NCBI GenBank assembly: GCA_014859315.1
Contig: JACUUK010000001.1
Span: forward strand, 1-62,620
DNA from: Candidatus Aminicenantes bacterium
Lineage (GTDB): Bacteria > Acidobacteriota > Aminicenantia > Aminicenantales > Aminicenantaceae
Reading direction: 5' to 3'
Length of the DNA stretch: 62,620 nt
Below, piece after piece: positions 1-9,752 of the stretch. How positions within the stretch are numbered: position 1 is the first letter of the stretch; every line of letters starts with the position of its first letter. The notes under the pieces were generated by a model. It did no database searches, had not been told where the DNA came from, and saw only the letters and a program-made list of their open reading frames with translations. The position numbers and the translations under genes are program-made.

Positions 1-195
1 ATAGAGTGAAAAAAAGAAAAAACAAGATGAGAATGAGAAATGAAACTTGCCCACAAATAACCCAGATGTTCATGATATATAAAATTAAACTATAAAGTTA
101 TTAAACAACACTTTTATTGTCAATAAAATACATTTTTTAAGAAACAAAAAAATATCTTCTCGATTTTATTAATCTTAGATTATATAATTTTTTAC

Positions 196-1383
196 ATGAC
201 CAATGTTTCAGTTGTAAAAGCAAAAAATTATCAAAGTAAAGAAATTCGGAATGCTTTGATACGAAGCTTTCAATTACTTGGTGGAATAGAAAATATCATA
301 AAGCCAAAAAGCAAGGTTTTCATAAAAATCAATCACCTGTCCCCTCCTTCTAAACCTGATAGAGCCATTGTTACGCATCCGCTATTTACACGTGAAGTCA
401 TTCGCATGCTAAATGACCTCCAATGCGAAATCACTGTTGGGGATGATGTCCAACACATAACTATAGATGGTTATGTAATCTCTGGATACAGGAAGATATG
501 TCAGGAGTTTGGTGTTAAACTCCTTAACTTGAAAGAGACAGGATTCAAAGAATTCTCATGTAACGGCCGTGTATTAGATAAAACTTATATTTCACTTGAA
601 GTTATAAATGCAGATGTCTTCATCAATCTTCCAAAGCTAAAGACTCATTCCTTCACTGTCTTTACAGGCGCCATCAAGAACCTATACGGAATCATCCCTT
701 ATGGCCTGCGGCTCCACTACCACAACCTATACAGAAACATTGAAATCTTTAGCCAGATGCTTGTGGATATTTTCTCCTGCGCACCCTCCCATTTAACGAT
801 CATGGACTCAATTATTGGAATGGAGGGCGAAGGGCCTTCAACCGGAAAACCCAGGGAAATAGGTCTAATCATTGCTTCCAAGGATGGAGTTGCTGTTGAT
901 GCTGTGGCTTCAAAGATTGTTGGATTCAATCCTTTGAATATCTATACTACTCTTTTTGCTCATCAAAGAGGATTAGGCACAGGAGACCTAAAAGAAATCA
1001 ACATATTGGGAGAACCTTTACAAGATATTCAAGTGGAAGATTTTAAACATTCTGCAATTGCTGTTGGTTTGCTTCAAAAAAAAATCCCTTCCTTTCTTTA
1101 TGCTTACATTCAGGAGCAGTTGCAATTAATCCCTGAAATAATAAGAGCGAAATGCACTTCATGCAAAGAATGCATCAAAATTTGTCCACGTGGCGCCATT
1201 TCCCTCGTTGACAGTCTTGCTTTTATCAATAAAAACAATTGCATTCATTGTATGTGTTGCCATGAAGTTTGCCGTTTTCAATCAATCAGACTGAAAAACC
1301 GGCCAATTGGCGGTTTGATAAGGGGGATAGGTTCTTTCTATAATAAGATGAAATTTCTATTTCCTAAGAAAAAAACAGATTGA
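196..1383 (+). CDS. DUF362-like protein with C-terminal 2x[4Fe-4S] ferredoxin domain
   Basis: 395-aa ORF. The C-terminus carries two Cys clusters, CTSCKECIKICP and CIHCMCCHEVC, typical of dicluster ferredoxin domains. The body resembles the DUF362 family as I remember it. Confidence 0.65.
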   Translation: MTNVSVVKAKNYQSKEIRNALIRSFQLLGGIENIIKPKSKVFIKINHLSPPSKPDRAIVTHPLFTREVIRMLNDLQCEITVGDDVQHITIDGYVISGYRKICQEFGVKLLNLKETGFKEFSCNGRVLDKTYISLEVINADVFINLPKLKTHSFTVFTGAIKNLYGIIPYGLRLHYHNLYRNIEIFSQMLVDIFSCAPSHLTIMDSIIGMEGEGPSTGKPREIGLIIASKDGVAVDAVASKIVGFNPLNIYTTLFAHQRGLGTGDLKEINILGEPLQDIQVEDFKHSAIAVGLLQKKIPSFLYAYIQEQLQLIPEIIRAKCTSCKECIKICPRGAISLVDSLAFINKNNCIHCMCCHEVCRFQSIRLKNRPIGGLIRGIGSFYNKMKFLFPKKKTD

Positions 1384-1458
1384 TTGTTGTATTCATAGAA
1401 GTAAAAATGTTTTATGTATTTTTTCATTTTCTAAAATGAGTTCGATTTAGGAGGACAA

Positions 1459-2607
1459 ATGAATTTCTATAAGTATTTTAATTCGCAAAAAAAGCAGATG
1501 ATAGATTTTTTAAAATATATTACATGCCTGGAATCACCTTCATCGGATAAAAATTCTGTAGATAAGTGTTCGGCCTATGTTTTAAAAGAGCTCAAAAGAA
1601 TTGGCTTAAACGTCACCTCCTTTCCTCAAAAAAAAATAGGCGATATATATGTTGCAGAGTTTCCCTCAAGTGGACAAGAAACAGAAAAAGACTTCGTACT
1701 TATTCTTTCTCATATAGATACTGTTTGGCCTGTTGGGAAGATAAAGACTATGCCATTCCGAATTTCTGGGGACAAGATTTATGGCCCAGGAGTCCTGGAT
1801 ATGAAGGCAGGAATTCTTATGGCTGTTTTTGTATTCAAAGCTTTCAAGGAATTAAAGATCTTTCCCAGAAAGAAAATCGTGTTTTTCATCAATTCTGCAG
1901 AAGAAATAGGAAGCGAAGAAGCGTATATTATCATTAGGAACCTTGCGAAAAAATCATCTTATGTTCTCTGTCTTGAACCATCACTTCCCGGAGGAGCACT
2001 CAAGATTCAAAGGAAAGGGAGGATAGTCATTCAATTGACTGCACATGGAAAAGCAGCTCATGCAGGAACTCCAGAGAAAGGTATAAATGCAATAGAGGAG
2101 CTATGCTGTCAACTGCAGAAGTTACGAAAAATCAGGACAAATGGAATTACTGCAAATATTGGACAAATCCAGGGCGGAGAAAAAGCCAATATTGTTGCAG
2201 AAAAGGCATCGGCAATTCTGGATATCAGATTCTGGAAAAATAGCGATAAAGAAAAAGTTATGGAATTTTTCAAGCAATTAAAGCCGGTTATTCCAATGGC
2301 TAAAATTGATTTTAAAGTTGAAAGCTTCACTCCTCCCATGGAAAAGACTAAGGCCTCTATGCAGCTCTTTGAAAAGATAAGAAAAATAGGCCAGTCTTTA
2401 AATCAGGATCTCACCTCAGGTAAAACAGGGGGAGGCTCCGACGCATCAATTGCAGCAAATATGGGTATTCCTACATTGGATGGACTTGGTGCTGACGGAG
2501 AAGGGATTCATGCTGAAAACGAACATCTTCTGATTTCATCTTTGATTCCAAGAACAACCCTTTTGGCCGAAATTTTAACTACGATTGGGGACAGTCCCCA
2601 TTCTTGA
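1459..2607 (+). CDS. M20 family metallopeptidase (carboxypeptidase G2 / glutamate carboxypeptidase-like)
   Basis: Motifs HIDTVWP, DMKAG and NSAEEIGSEE are typical of M20 zinc peptidases. AGGAGG lies just upstream of the ATG. The last codons (GDSPHS) are encoded by a palindromic repeat. Confidence 0.8.
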   Translation: MNFYKYFNSQKKQMIDFLKYITCLESPSSDKNSVDKCSAYVLKELKRIGLNVTSFPQKKIGDIYVAEFPSSGQETEKDFVLILSHIDTVWPVGKIKTMPFRISGDKIYGPGVLDMKAGILMAVFVFKAFKELKIFPRKKIVFFINSAEEIGSEEAYIIIRNLAKKSSYVLCLEPSLPGGALKIQRKGRIVIQLTAHGKAAHAGTPEKGINAIEELCCQLQKLRKIRTNGITANIGQIQGGEKANIVAEKASAILDIRFWKNSDKEKVMEFFKQLKPVIPMAKIDFKVESFTPPMEKTKASMQLFEKIRKIGQSLNQDLTSGKTGGGSDASIAANMGIPTLDGLGADGEGIHAENEHLLISSLIPRTTLLAEILTTIGDSPHS

Positions 2608-2635
2608 GAAATGGGGACAGTCCCCAATTTTTATT
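2584..2635 (+). terminator. Rho-independent terminator built from two copies of the GGGGACAGTCCCC palindrome
   Basis: ATTGGGGACAGTCCCCAT (2584-2601) and ATGGGGACAGTCCCCAAT (2611-2628) are inverted copies with one central mismatch. They are followed by TTTTATT. The M20 stop codon (2605-2607) lies in the loop. Confidence 0.6.
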
Positions 2636-2644
2636 AATTTTTTA

Positions 2645-2673
2645 TTTACGTAAAGGATTTTTCGTAATATAAT
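2645..2673 (+). promoter_or_regulatory. candidate sigma-70 promoter for the aminotransferase-serA pair
   Basis: TTTACG (2645-2650), a 17-nt spacer, then TATAAT (2668-2673), about 30 nt upstream of the AAGGAGG RBS and the ATG at 2703. Confidence 0.3.
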
Positions 2674-2702
2674 TTATTAAAATGCAATAAAGGAGGCATA
2701 AT

Positions 2703-3848
2703 ATGATAAAAAAATACTATCTTCTCTCACCAGGCCCGACTCCTGTTCCAGAAAGTGTCTTATCTGCTGCTGCAGAGCCAATAATCCATCATAGAACACC
2801 AGAGTTCTCATCTATTTTCATGGAAACGGTCGAAGGCCTTAAGTATGTCCATCAAACCAAGGAAGATGTATTTGTTCTTACATCATCCGGCACAGGAGCC
2901 ATGGAAGCAGCTGTCGTCAATCTTCTTTGCCCTGGAGACAAAGTCATCACGCTCAATGGAGGAAAATTTGGTGAACGGTGGGGACAGATCTGCAGAGTTT
3001 ATGGTGCTGATGTAAAGGAAATCATCCTTGATTGGGGAGAACCATTTACAAAAGAGCAATTAGCAGACGAACTGAAGGCCAATCCTGATACTAAAGCTGT
3101 CTTTGCAACTCTTTCTGAGACTTCTTCTGGAACAGTTTATGATATACAGGGATACGGAGAAGTCGTTGCAAAAACAGATGCTCTTTTAGTCGTTGACGGC
3201 ATTTCTGGTTTAGGTGCAACTCCTTGTCCAATGGACGAGTGGAATGTCGATGTTATGGTTTCAGGGTCTCAAAAGTCATTCATGATTCCCCCTGGACTTG
3301 CCTATATTGCTTTTAGCCCAAAGGCATGGAAATGTGTCGAAAGGTCTACCCTCCCAAAATTCTATTTTGATGCAAAAAAATACAAGAAGAATCTTGAGAA
3401 AAGAACAACTCCTTATACTCCTGCTATTACACTTATCATTCAGCAAAAAAAAGCCCTCGATATAATTAAAACCATGGGACTTGAAAAGCTATTTGAGCAT
3501 CACCGTATTCTTGGCGACGCAACACGAGCTGCTGTTAAAGCGATAGGATTAGAGCTTCTATCTAAGCAGCCAGGCAATATTCTTACAGCCATCAAGGTCC
3601 CTGAAGGAGTTGATGGGATCAAATTAGTAAAAACCATGCAAGGTAAATATAAAGCCTATATTGCTGGCGGCCAGGAACCCTATAAAGGTAAAATCTTCAG
3701 GATCGCTCATTTAGGATACATGGGTGGTTTCGATATCATAATAGCTTTAACAGCATTGGAGATGACCCTTTCAGAACTTGATTATGATTTCGAAACTGGC
3801 AAAGCCATAAAAGCCGCCGAAGAAATTTTAAAGGAGAATTGGGAATGA
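2703..3848 (+). CDS. class V PLP aminotransferase (serine-pyruvate / phosphoserine aminotransferase-like)
   Basis: SGSQKSFMIPPGLA is the PLP-lysine motif of AGXT/SerC-type class V enzymes. Strong RBS. The gene overlaps the start of the serA-like gene, suggesting a serine pathway role. Confidence 0.8.
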   Translation: MIKKYYLLSPGPTPVPESVLSAAAEPIIHHRTPEFSSIFMETVEGLKYVHQTKEDVFVLTSSGTGAMEAAVVNLLCPGDKVITLNGGKFGERWGQICRVYGADVKEIILDWGEPFTKEQLADELKANPDTKAVFATLSETSSGTVYDIQGYGEVVAKTDALLVVDGISGLGATPCPMDEWNVDVMVSGSQKSFMIPPGLAYIAFSPKAWKCVERSTLPKFYFDAKKYKKNLEKRTTPYTPAITLIIQQKKALDIIKTMGLEKLFEHHRILGDATRAAVKAIGLELLSKQPGNILTAIKVPEGVDGIKLVKTMQGKYKAYIAGGQEPYKGKIFRIAHLGYMGGFDIIIALTALEMTLSELDYDFETGKAIKAAEEILKENWE

Positions 3849-4756
3849 AAAAAATACTCGTTGCAGACCCTTTAAACCCTGAGGCATTTGATGAGCTTAA
3901 ATTGATATCTGATTTTGATGTCACCCTAAAAACAGGTATGGATGAAAATGAGCTCGTCAGCACTATCCCTGGCTTTCATTCAATCGTTGTCAGGGGTGCC
4001 ACAAAAGTGACTCAAAAAGTCATTGAAGCTTCAACAGATCTCGAGTTAATAGTCCGTGCAGGCATTGGTTTAGACAATATTGATGTATCTGCTGCCAAGG
4101 CAAAAGGAATCGAAGTAGCCAATACGCCATCTGCCACAACAATATCTGTGGCTGAACACACATTTGGGTTGATGATTGGTGCTGTGCGCAACCATGGCAA
4201 AGCTAACCTTTCTATGAAAGCCCACAAATGGGAAAAGAAAGCGCTTTCAGGCACAGAGCTTTATGAGAAGACACTGGGAATTATTGGAAGCGGACGAATC
4301 GGACTTGCAGTTGCCCAGCGTGCTATTGCTTTTGGGATGAATGTAGTAGCTTATGATATTATCCCTATTAAAACAGATTTAAACATCAAGCAGGTTTCCC
4401 TGGATGATCTTTTAGCTCAATCAGATATTATATCATTACATTTACCTTTAACTCCTGAAACAAAACATGTGATAAGTGAAGCAGAATTCGATAAGATGAA
4501 AGATGGTGTTATTATTGTAAATGCTTCACGAGGAGGCATTATAGATGAAGCCGCCCTTCTTCAAGCCCTTGAGTCGGGAAAAGTAAGAGCTGCTGCAATA
4601 GATGTCTTCGAGAAAGAGCCCCCAGAAGATTTTGCTTTGATCGACCATCCAAACATCCTTGCTACTCCACATATCGGTGCAGCTGCAAAAGAAGGACAAA
4701 AACGGGCTGGTTTTGAAGTCGTACGGATACTTAAGGAGAAACTCTCGGGGAAATAA
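3845..4756 (+). CDS. serA: D-3-phosphoglycerate dehydrogenase, short form without ACT domain (D-2-hydroxyacid dehydrogenase family)
   Basis: NAD-binding GIIGSGRIGLAVA and a catalytic-region histidine in TPHIGA. I prefer the ATG at 3845 (8 nt after AAGGAG) over the TTG at 3839 in the ORF track. Confidence 0.75.
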   Translation: MKKILVADPLNPEAFDELKLISDFDVTLKTGMDENELVSTIPGFHSIVVRGATKVTQKVIEASTDLELIVRAGIGLDNIDVSAAKAKGIEVANTPSATTISVAEHTFGLMIGAVRNHGKANLSMKAHKWEKKALSGTELYEKTLGIIGSGRIGLAVAQRAIAFGMNVVAYDIIPIKTDLNIKQVSLDDLLAQSDIISLHLPLTPETKHVISEAEFDKMKDGVIIVNASRGGIIDEAALLQALESGKVRAAAIDVFEKEPPEDFALIDHPNILATPHIGAAAKEGQKRAGFEVVRILKEKLSGK

Positions 4757-4878
4757 TTTCTGCTGCTGGCTTTATTTTTGCCCCACTGTTTACAAATACT
4801 GTTTACAATTTGCTGCTAACAAAAAATATCTTTTTTACTATTTATGAGATAGATATTATATAATAAAGAGTAAATATT

Positions 4879-6036
4879 ATGATTTATTTAGATAATAATG
4901 CTACAACTCCATTGGATCCTGGTGTAGCTGACAAAATGTGCTGGTTTCTAAAGGAACATTTTGGAAATCCCTCTTCCCTCTACCCTATCGGAAGAGACGT
5001 TAAAAAAATTATCAACGAAGATAGAGAAATTATTGCGCAGACCTTAGGAGCAAATAGAAACGAAATATTCTTTACGGGTTCAGGGACAGAATCCGATAAT
5101 TTTGCTATTCGTGGAGTCCTTGATGCCCACCCTGAAAAAAACGAATTTATCACATCATCAATCGAACACCCGGCAGTGATGAATACCGCCAAATACCTTG
5201 AAAAAAATGGTATAAAAGTCACATATGTTCCAGTTGATAAATACGGAATGATTGACATTGACTTTCTTAAAGACTCTATCACCCCTAAAACTGCGCTTAT
5301 TTCCATTATGCATGCCAATAATGAAATCGGTACAATCCAGCCAATTGAAGAAATCAGTAAAATAGCCAAGGAGCATAATGTGTTCTTACACACTGATGCT
5401 GTTCAATCATTCGGGAAAATCGATGTTGATGTCAATAAGCTCGGCGTTGACCTTCTATCTATTTCTGCCCACAAAATATACGGACCCAAAGGTATCGGTG
5501 CCTTGTATATCCGTAAAGGGACAAAAATTTGTCCTCTTATTTATGGAGGACATCAAGAACAGGAAATGCGGCCAGGAACAGAAAATACTATCGGCATTGT
5601 TGGTTTTGGAGAAGCTGTCAGAGTCTTTAGAAAACAAGGAGATAAAGATAAAAAGCGGATTGAAAAACTGGCTGAACAATTAAAGAAAGGAATCGAAGAG
5701 ATAATACCACACATAAAATTTAATGGACATGAAAAGAAAAGGATAAAAGGGACGCTTAATTTTTCCTTTTATGGCCTTGAAGCTGAAGCTATACTTCTTT
5801 CTTTAGCGGTTAAAGATATCTATGTCTCAACAGGCTCTGCTTGCAGCGAAGGAGCAGAAGAAACTTCTCATGTTCTTAGCGCAATTGGTCTAAAACCTGA
5901 AATCGCAAGGTCATCCATCCGGATGTCACTTGGGCGCTTTAATACAGAGAAGGACATAGAAATTGTTATTGAAGAACTCCCGGAAATAATAGAAAACTTA
6001 AGGAAAATATCTGCTTTAAATATTGAAGAATATTGA
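4879..6036 (+). CDS. nifS: cysteine desulfurase (NifS/IscS type, class V aminotransferase)
   Basis: SISAHKIYGPKGIGALY (PLP lysine) and STGSACSEG (active-site Cys loop). Confidence 0.85.
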   Translation: MIYLDNNATTPLDPGVADKMCWFLKEHFGNPSSLYPIGRDVKKIINEDREIIAQTLGANRNEIFFTGSGTESDNFAIRGVLDAHPEKNEFITSSIEHPAVMNTAKYLEKNGIKVTYVPVDKYGMIDIDFLKDSITPKTALISIMHANNEIGTIQPIEEISKIAKEHNVFLHTDAVQSFGKIDVDVNKLGVDLLSISAHKIYGPKGIGALYIRKGTKICPLIYGGHQEQEMRPGTENTIGIVGFGEAVRVFRKQGDKDKKRIEKLAEQLKKGIEEIIPHIKFNGHEKKRIKGTLNFSFYGLEAEAILLSLAVKDIYVSTGSACSEGAEETSHVLSAIGLKPEIARSSIRMSLGRFNTEKDIEIVIEELPEIIENLRKISALNIEEY

Positions 6037-6065
6037 AAGAGAAATTTTCAGCCATTTAAAAAAGA

Positions 6066-6866
6066 ATGATTATTGTCGGTGAAAGATTAAATTCAAGCAG
6101 GCAATCAGTATTAAATGCCCTTAGAACAAACGACGAACAATTCATTATCCAAGAAGCAAAGAAACAGGAGAAAGCTGGAGCTAACTATATCGATATAAAT
6201 ACTGCTGCTCTTTTAGAAAAAGAAATCCCATCTTTAGAATGGGCCATTCTTCTTCTTCAAAGAGTCTTATCTGTTCCTCTCTCGATTGATACTCCCAATA
6301 AGGAAGCCATGAAAGCGGGCCTGCAGCTTCACAAAGGACAGGCACTCCTCAATTCATTGACAGGAGAAACAAAACGACTCAAGGAGTTTTTACCCATAAT
6401 CAAAGCATTTAAACCGAAGATTATAATCTTGTGCTTTGATGATAATGGACTACCCAAAACATCAGATCAAGAATTGGCTGTTGCCCGGAAGATAATTTCT
6501 TTACTTGATAAAGAAGACATAAATCTTGAGGATGTTTTTATCGACCCGCTTGTCCGGCCCATCGGGGTTGACCAACAATCCGGGAAACTCTTCCTTGAGT
6601 CGCTGGAAAAAATAAAAAAAAACTTACCCAAAATCAAGACAATAGCAGGAATCAGCAATGTCTCTTTTGGCCTCCCAAAACGGAGACTCTTGAATCATAC
6701 TTTTTTAACTTTGGCTATTCAAAGTGGTCTGGATGCTGCCATTTGTGATCCCTTAAACAAAGGAATTCTCTCATCCATTAAGGCATCAGAAGCTCTTTTA
6801 GGAAAAGATCTTTATCTTAAAAAATATCTACAATTCATCAGGCAAAATGATAAAAAATCAGATTGA
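6066..6866 (+). CDS. pterin-binding domain protein (methyl-THF:corrinoid methyltransferase MeTr/AcsE-like)
   Basis: The N-terminus MIIVGERLNSSR...AGANYIDINT closely resembles the start of MeTr/MetH pterin-binding TIM barrels. At 266 aa it has no cobalamin-binding domain. Confidence 0.6.
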   Translation: MIIVGERLNSSRQSVLNALRTNDEQFIIQEAKKQEKAGANYIDINTAALLEKEIPSLEWAILLLQRVLSVPLSIDTPNKEAMKAGLQLHKGQALLNSLTGETKRLKEFLPIIKAFKPKIIILCFDDNGLPKTSDQELAVARKIISLLDKEDINLEDVFIDPLVRPIGVDQQSGKLFLESLEKIKKNLPKIKTIAGISNVSFGLPKRRLLNHTFLTLAIQSGLDAAICDPLNKGILSSIKASEALLGKDLYLKKYLQFIRQNDKKSD

Positions 6867-6881
6867 TTCCCATTTCTCGCT

Positions 6882-7433
6882 TCACAGGTAATCTTTCCCC
6901 AGTTGTTTTATCTGTTCAAGATAGATTCTTCTTGCTTCCCAAAAAAACGGATGATAATCTTTGCCCTTATAATCAGGATATGTCCAGTTTAGCACTCTCA
7001 CTTGTTTCCGCCCAAACAGTAATTCAAGATGAGCATAAACTCCATGTTTAAGTGGAATCCTGTGCGCAAAATCTTTTGTTGTGGCCATAATCAGAGCAGA
7101 AGCAGTGAGGTATCCCGGGTCAAGATTTACGATTCTCTGCCCTGCGTGAAATTCCTTTTTTATTTCTTCTTCCAATGTATTTGTGCAGATTTTGATTTCA
7201 CTTAATTTCTCTGGAGACATAAGCTGTTCAAAGCTTATAAATCTTCTTTTTAAGTTCTTTCCCATTTGTTTTTCATAATAATCTGTGTAGTCAAAAGAGA
7301 AAAAAGAGCTTTTATTATCTATTGCACCATAGAGTTTGATAAGACGGTCTTCGGCTACATTAAACACCTTTTCGTTTGAAGCAATAATGCCACAGATTAG
7401 TTTTACTGGGGAAAAAGGCTTTATCTTGGCCAT
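6882..7433 (-). CDS. DUF4416-like conserved hypothetical protein
   Basis: 183-aa ORF with clean coding composition. PVKLICGII near the N-terminus and NLDPGYL resemble the DUF4416 family from memory. Confidence 0.5.
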   Translation of the reverse strand: MAKIKPFSPVKLICGIIASNEKVFNVAEDRLIKLYGAIDNKSSFFSFDYTDYYEKQMGKNLKRRFISFEQLMSPEKLSEIKICTNTLEEEIKKEFHAGQRIVNLDPGYLTASALIMATTKDFAHRIPLKHGVYAHLELLFGRKQVRVLNWTYPDYKGKDYHPFFWEARRIYLEQIKQLGKDYL

Positions 7434-7704
7434 TTGTATTTCTTAGAATATCCTTGTTTGTATTCTAAGATATTTTTTCATGATTTTTCCACTTTTTTCT
7501 TAATCCAGTAAGAATCTCTATTTCCATGATGAGGGAAACATCTGACCTAATTGAGAAGTGCGGCGACGGTTCCCCCTTCATCCGAAGCCCATTGTGGAGG
7601 GTGGGAGGGTCTTGGCAAGGATGGAGGGGAAACTGTATATGCTTAAATCATGAGAAACTAATGTGTATTTTGACTTTATTTGAGTTATTTTTTATCTTTG
7701 AGTC

Positions 7705-8232
7705 ATGCTCTTTATATTAACAGGACCTCTCCACTCCGGGAAAACCACTCTTTTAAAGAATATTGTCCAGGTTTTAGAAAATAAGAACATGCGAATAGAT
7801 GGCTTTTTGAGTCAAGCTGTCAATAAAAACGATGACTGTATCGGATACGATTTATTCGATTTAAAAAACAAAAAATCTTTTCCCTACATGCGAAAGTCAG
7901 GAAAAGACAAATGGATACAATCTGGCTCATATTTTTTAATCCAAAAAGGACTTATGCAAGCAAAGAAAATAATTTCCCGCAAGAAAGATATTGATATCTT
8001 TATCGTGGATGAGGTTGGCCCTTTGGAATTATCAGGAAAGGGCCTGTTTCCTGAATTAGAAAAGCTTATAAGAGAACCTGTGGTCCCACTGCTAATTGTC
8101 GTGCAATCAAGGATCCTCGAATCTTTTCTTTCTTTATTTTCTTTGACCAGTAAGCAGAAGACAAAAATCTTTGACATAAGAGTTAAAAACGCTTCTGCTA
8201 GTATCATTCAAGAAATTCAAACTGCTCGATAA
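7705..8232 (+). CDS. P-loop NTPase (THEP1/DUF2478-like)
   Basis: Walker A LTGPLHSGKTT at the extreme N-terminus and Walker B-like IFIVDEVGPLE. Small 175-aa protein. Confidence 0.6.
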   Translation: MLFILTGPLHSGKTTLLKNIVQVLENKNMRIDGFLSQAVNKNDDCIGYDLFDLKNKKSFPYMRKSGKDKWIQSGSYFLIQKGLMQAKKIISRKKDIDIFIVDEVGPLELSGKGLFPELEKLIREPVVPLLIVVQSRILESFLSLFSLTSKQKTKIFDIRVKNASASIIQEIQTAR

Positions 8233-8445
8233 AAAATAAAATAACAAAGGCACTCAAAACATCTCAAGCTTATCTTCTCTTATATAAGCAAAGCCATTCT
8301 CAGGACTTTACTCGTTAAGGTGAATTGATAGAATTTCAAATATCACAGAATGAAAGGTGCTTCCTTTTCTTATCATAGAAATATTTCTTTCATCGAGAAA
8401 AGATGATTTGACGTTAGGGAGGCGATTTTTTATAATCGTGAAGTC

Positions 8446-9738
8446 ATGAAATGGATTTATATTGAAGAAATTGCAAACTACAAGGACCAAGACGTAGAAA
8501 TCAGAGGATGGGTTTATAACAAACGTTCCAGCGGAAAGGTCCGTTTCATCCTTGTTAGAGACGGAACAGGAATCATCCAGGCAACAATATCAAGTGAAAA
8601 AAATGACCATCCACTATTCAAAAAATTCGACCTCTTAACCCAGGAATCTTCAATTATTCTCCGCGGACGTGTGAGAGAAGACAAAAGGGCTCCCAACGGC
8701 TATGAATTAAACATTGATCACATGGAAATCATACAAATTGCAAAAGACTACCCAATCACACCAAAAGAGCACAGCACTCCTTTTCTTATGGAACATCGCC
8801 ACCTTTGGCTTCGTTCCAAAAAACAGCACGCTGTCCTGCAGATCCGAGCAGAAATAATTAAATCCATACGCGATTTTTTTGACGGCCGCGGATTTCTCCT
8901 GATGGACACCCCTGTTCTTACTCCGAGTGCTTGTGAAGGGACAACAACACTTTTCGAAACAAAATATTTTGACCAGAATGCCTATCTAACTCAGAGCGGC
9001 CAGCTTTATAATGAAGCAACAGCCATGGCATTTGGCAAGGTCTATTGCTTCGGCCCAACCTTTCGTGCGGAGAAATCCAAGACACGCCGCCATTTGATGG
9101 AATTCTGGATGGTTGAGCCAGAAGTTGCATTTGCCTATCTTAAGGATATCATTGACTTGGGGGAAGATCTTATCCTTAATATAATCGAGCAAGTCATTAA
9201 GAACAATCAGAAACAACTCGATATCCTCGAAAGAGACACAAAGCCCTTAGAAAATATTAAAAAACCTTTTCCTTGTATTCGTTATGATGATGCCGTAAAA
9301 CTTCTTAAAGAAAAAGGCTCAAAAATCCAGTGGGGTGATGATTTTGGTTCCCCTGAAGAAACCCTTTTATCCCAAATCTTCGATAACCCAGTATGTGTGA
9401 CTCATTTTCCAGCTAAAATAAAAGCTTTTTACATGCAGCCAGACGATGAGCGTCCAGATTTAGTTCTTGGAGTCGATGTAATTGCATCTGAGGGATACGG
9501 AGAAATCATTGGGGGCGGTCAGAGGATTTATGACTTAAAGTTACTTGAACAAAAAATCAAGGAGTATAACCTGCCGAGAGAAGCTTATGAATGGTATATA
9601 GATTTAAGAAAGTATGGCACTGTCCCACATTCAGGATTCGGGCTTGGAATCGAACGCACAGTCGCCTGGATTTGCAAGCTCAAACATGTAAGGGAGACAA
9701 TCCCCTTTCCCCGACTGCTGTATAAGATCTACCCCTGA
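8446..9738 (+). CDS. asnS: asparagine--tRNA ligase
   Basis: Class IIb synthetase: an N-terminal OB fold, motif 2 FGPTFRAEKSKTRRHLMEFWMVEPE (AsnRS-like) and motif 3 GFGLGIERTV. Length is 430 aa. Confidence 0.85.
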   Translation: MKWIYIEEIANYKDQDVEIRGWVYNKRSSGKVRFILVRDGTGIIQATISSEKNDHPLFKKFDLLTQESSIILRGRVREDKRAPNGYELNIDHMEIIQIAKDYPITPKEHSTPFLMEHRHLWLRSKKQHAVLQIRAEIIKSIRDFFDGRGFLLMDTPVLTPSACEGTTTLFETKYFDQNAYLTQSGQLYNEATAMAFGKVYCFGPTFRAEKSKTRRHLMEFWMVEPEVAFAYLKDIIDLGEDLILNIIEQVIKNNQKQLDILERDTKPLENIKKPFPCIRYDDAVKLLKEKGSKIQWGDDFGSPEETLLSQIFDNPVCVTHFPAKIKAFYMQPDDERPDLVLGVDVIASEGYGEIIGGGQRIYDLKLLEQKIKEYNLPREAYEWYIDLRKYGTVPHSGFGLGIERTVAWICKLKHVRETIPFPRLLYKIYP

Positions 9739-9752
9739 CTCTGCTCGATTGA

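Noticed and set aside
7526-7720. 64-aa ORF between the DUF4416 and NTPase genes
   Set aside because: The Trp/Gly/Cys-rich translation arises from the G-rich hairpin, there is no RBS, and it overlaps the start of the NTPase gene.
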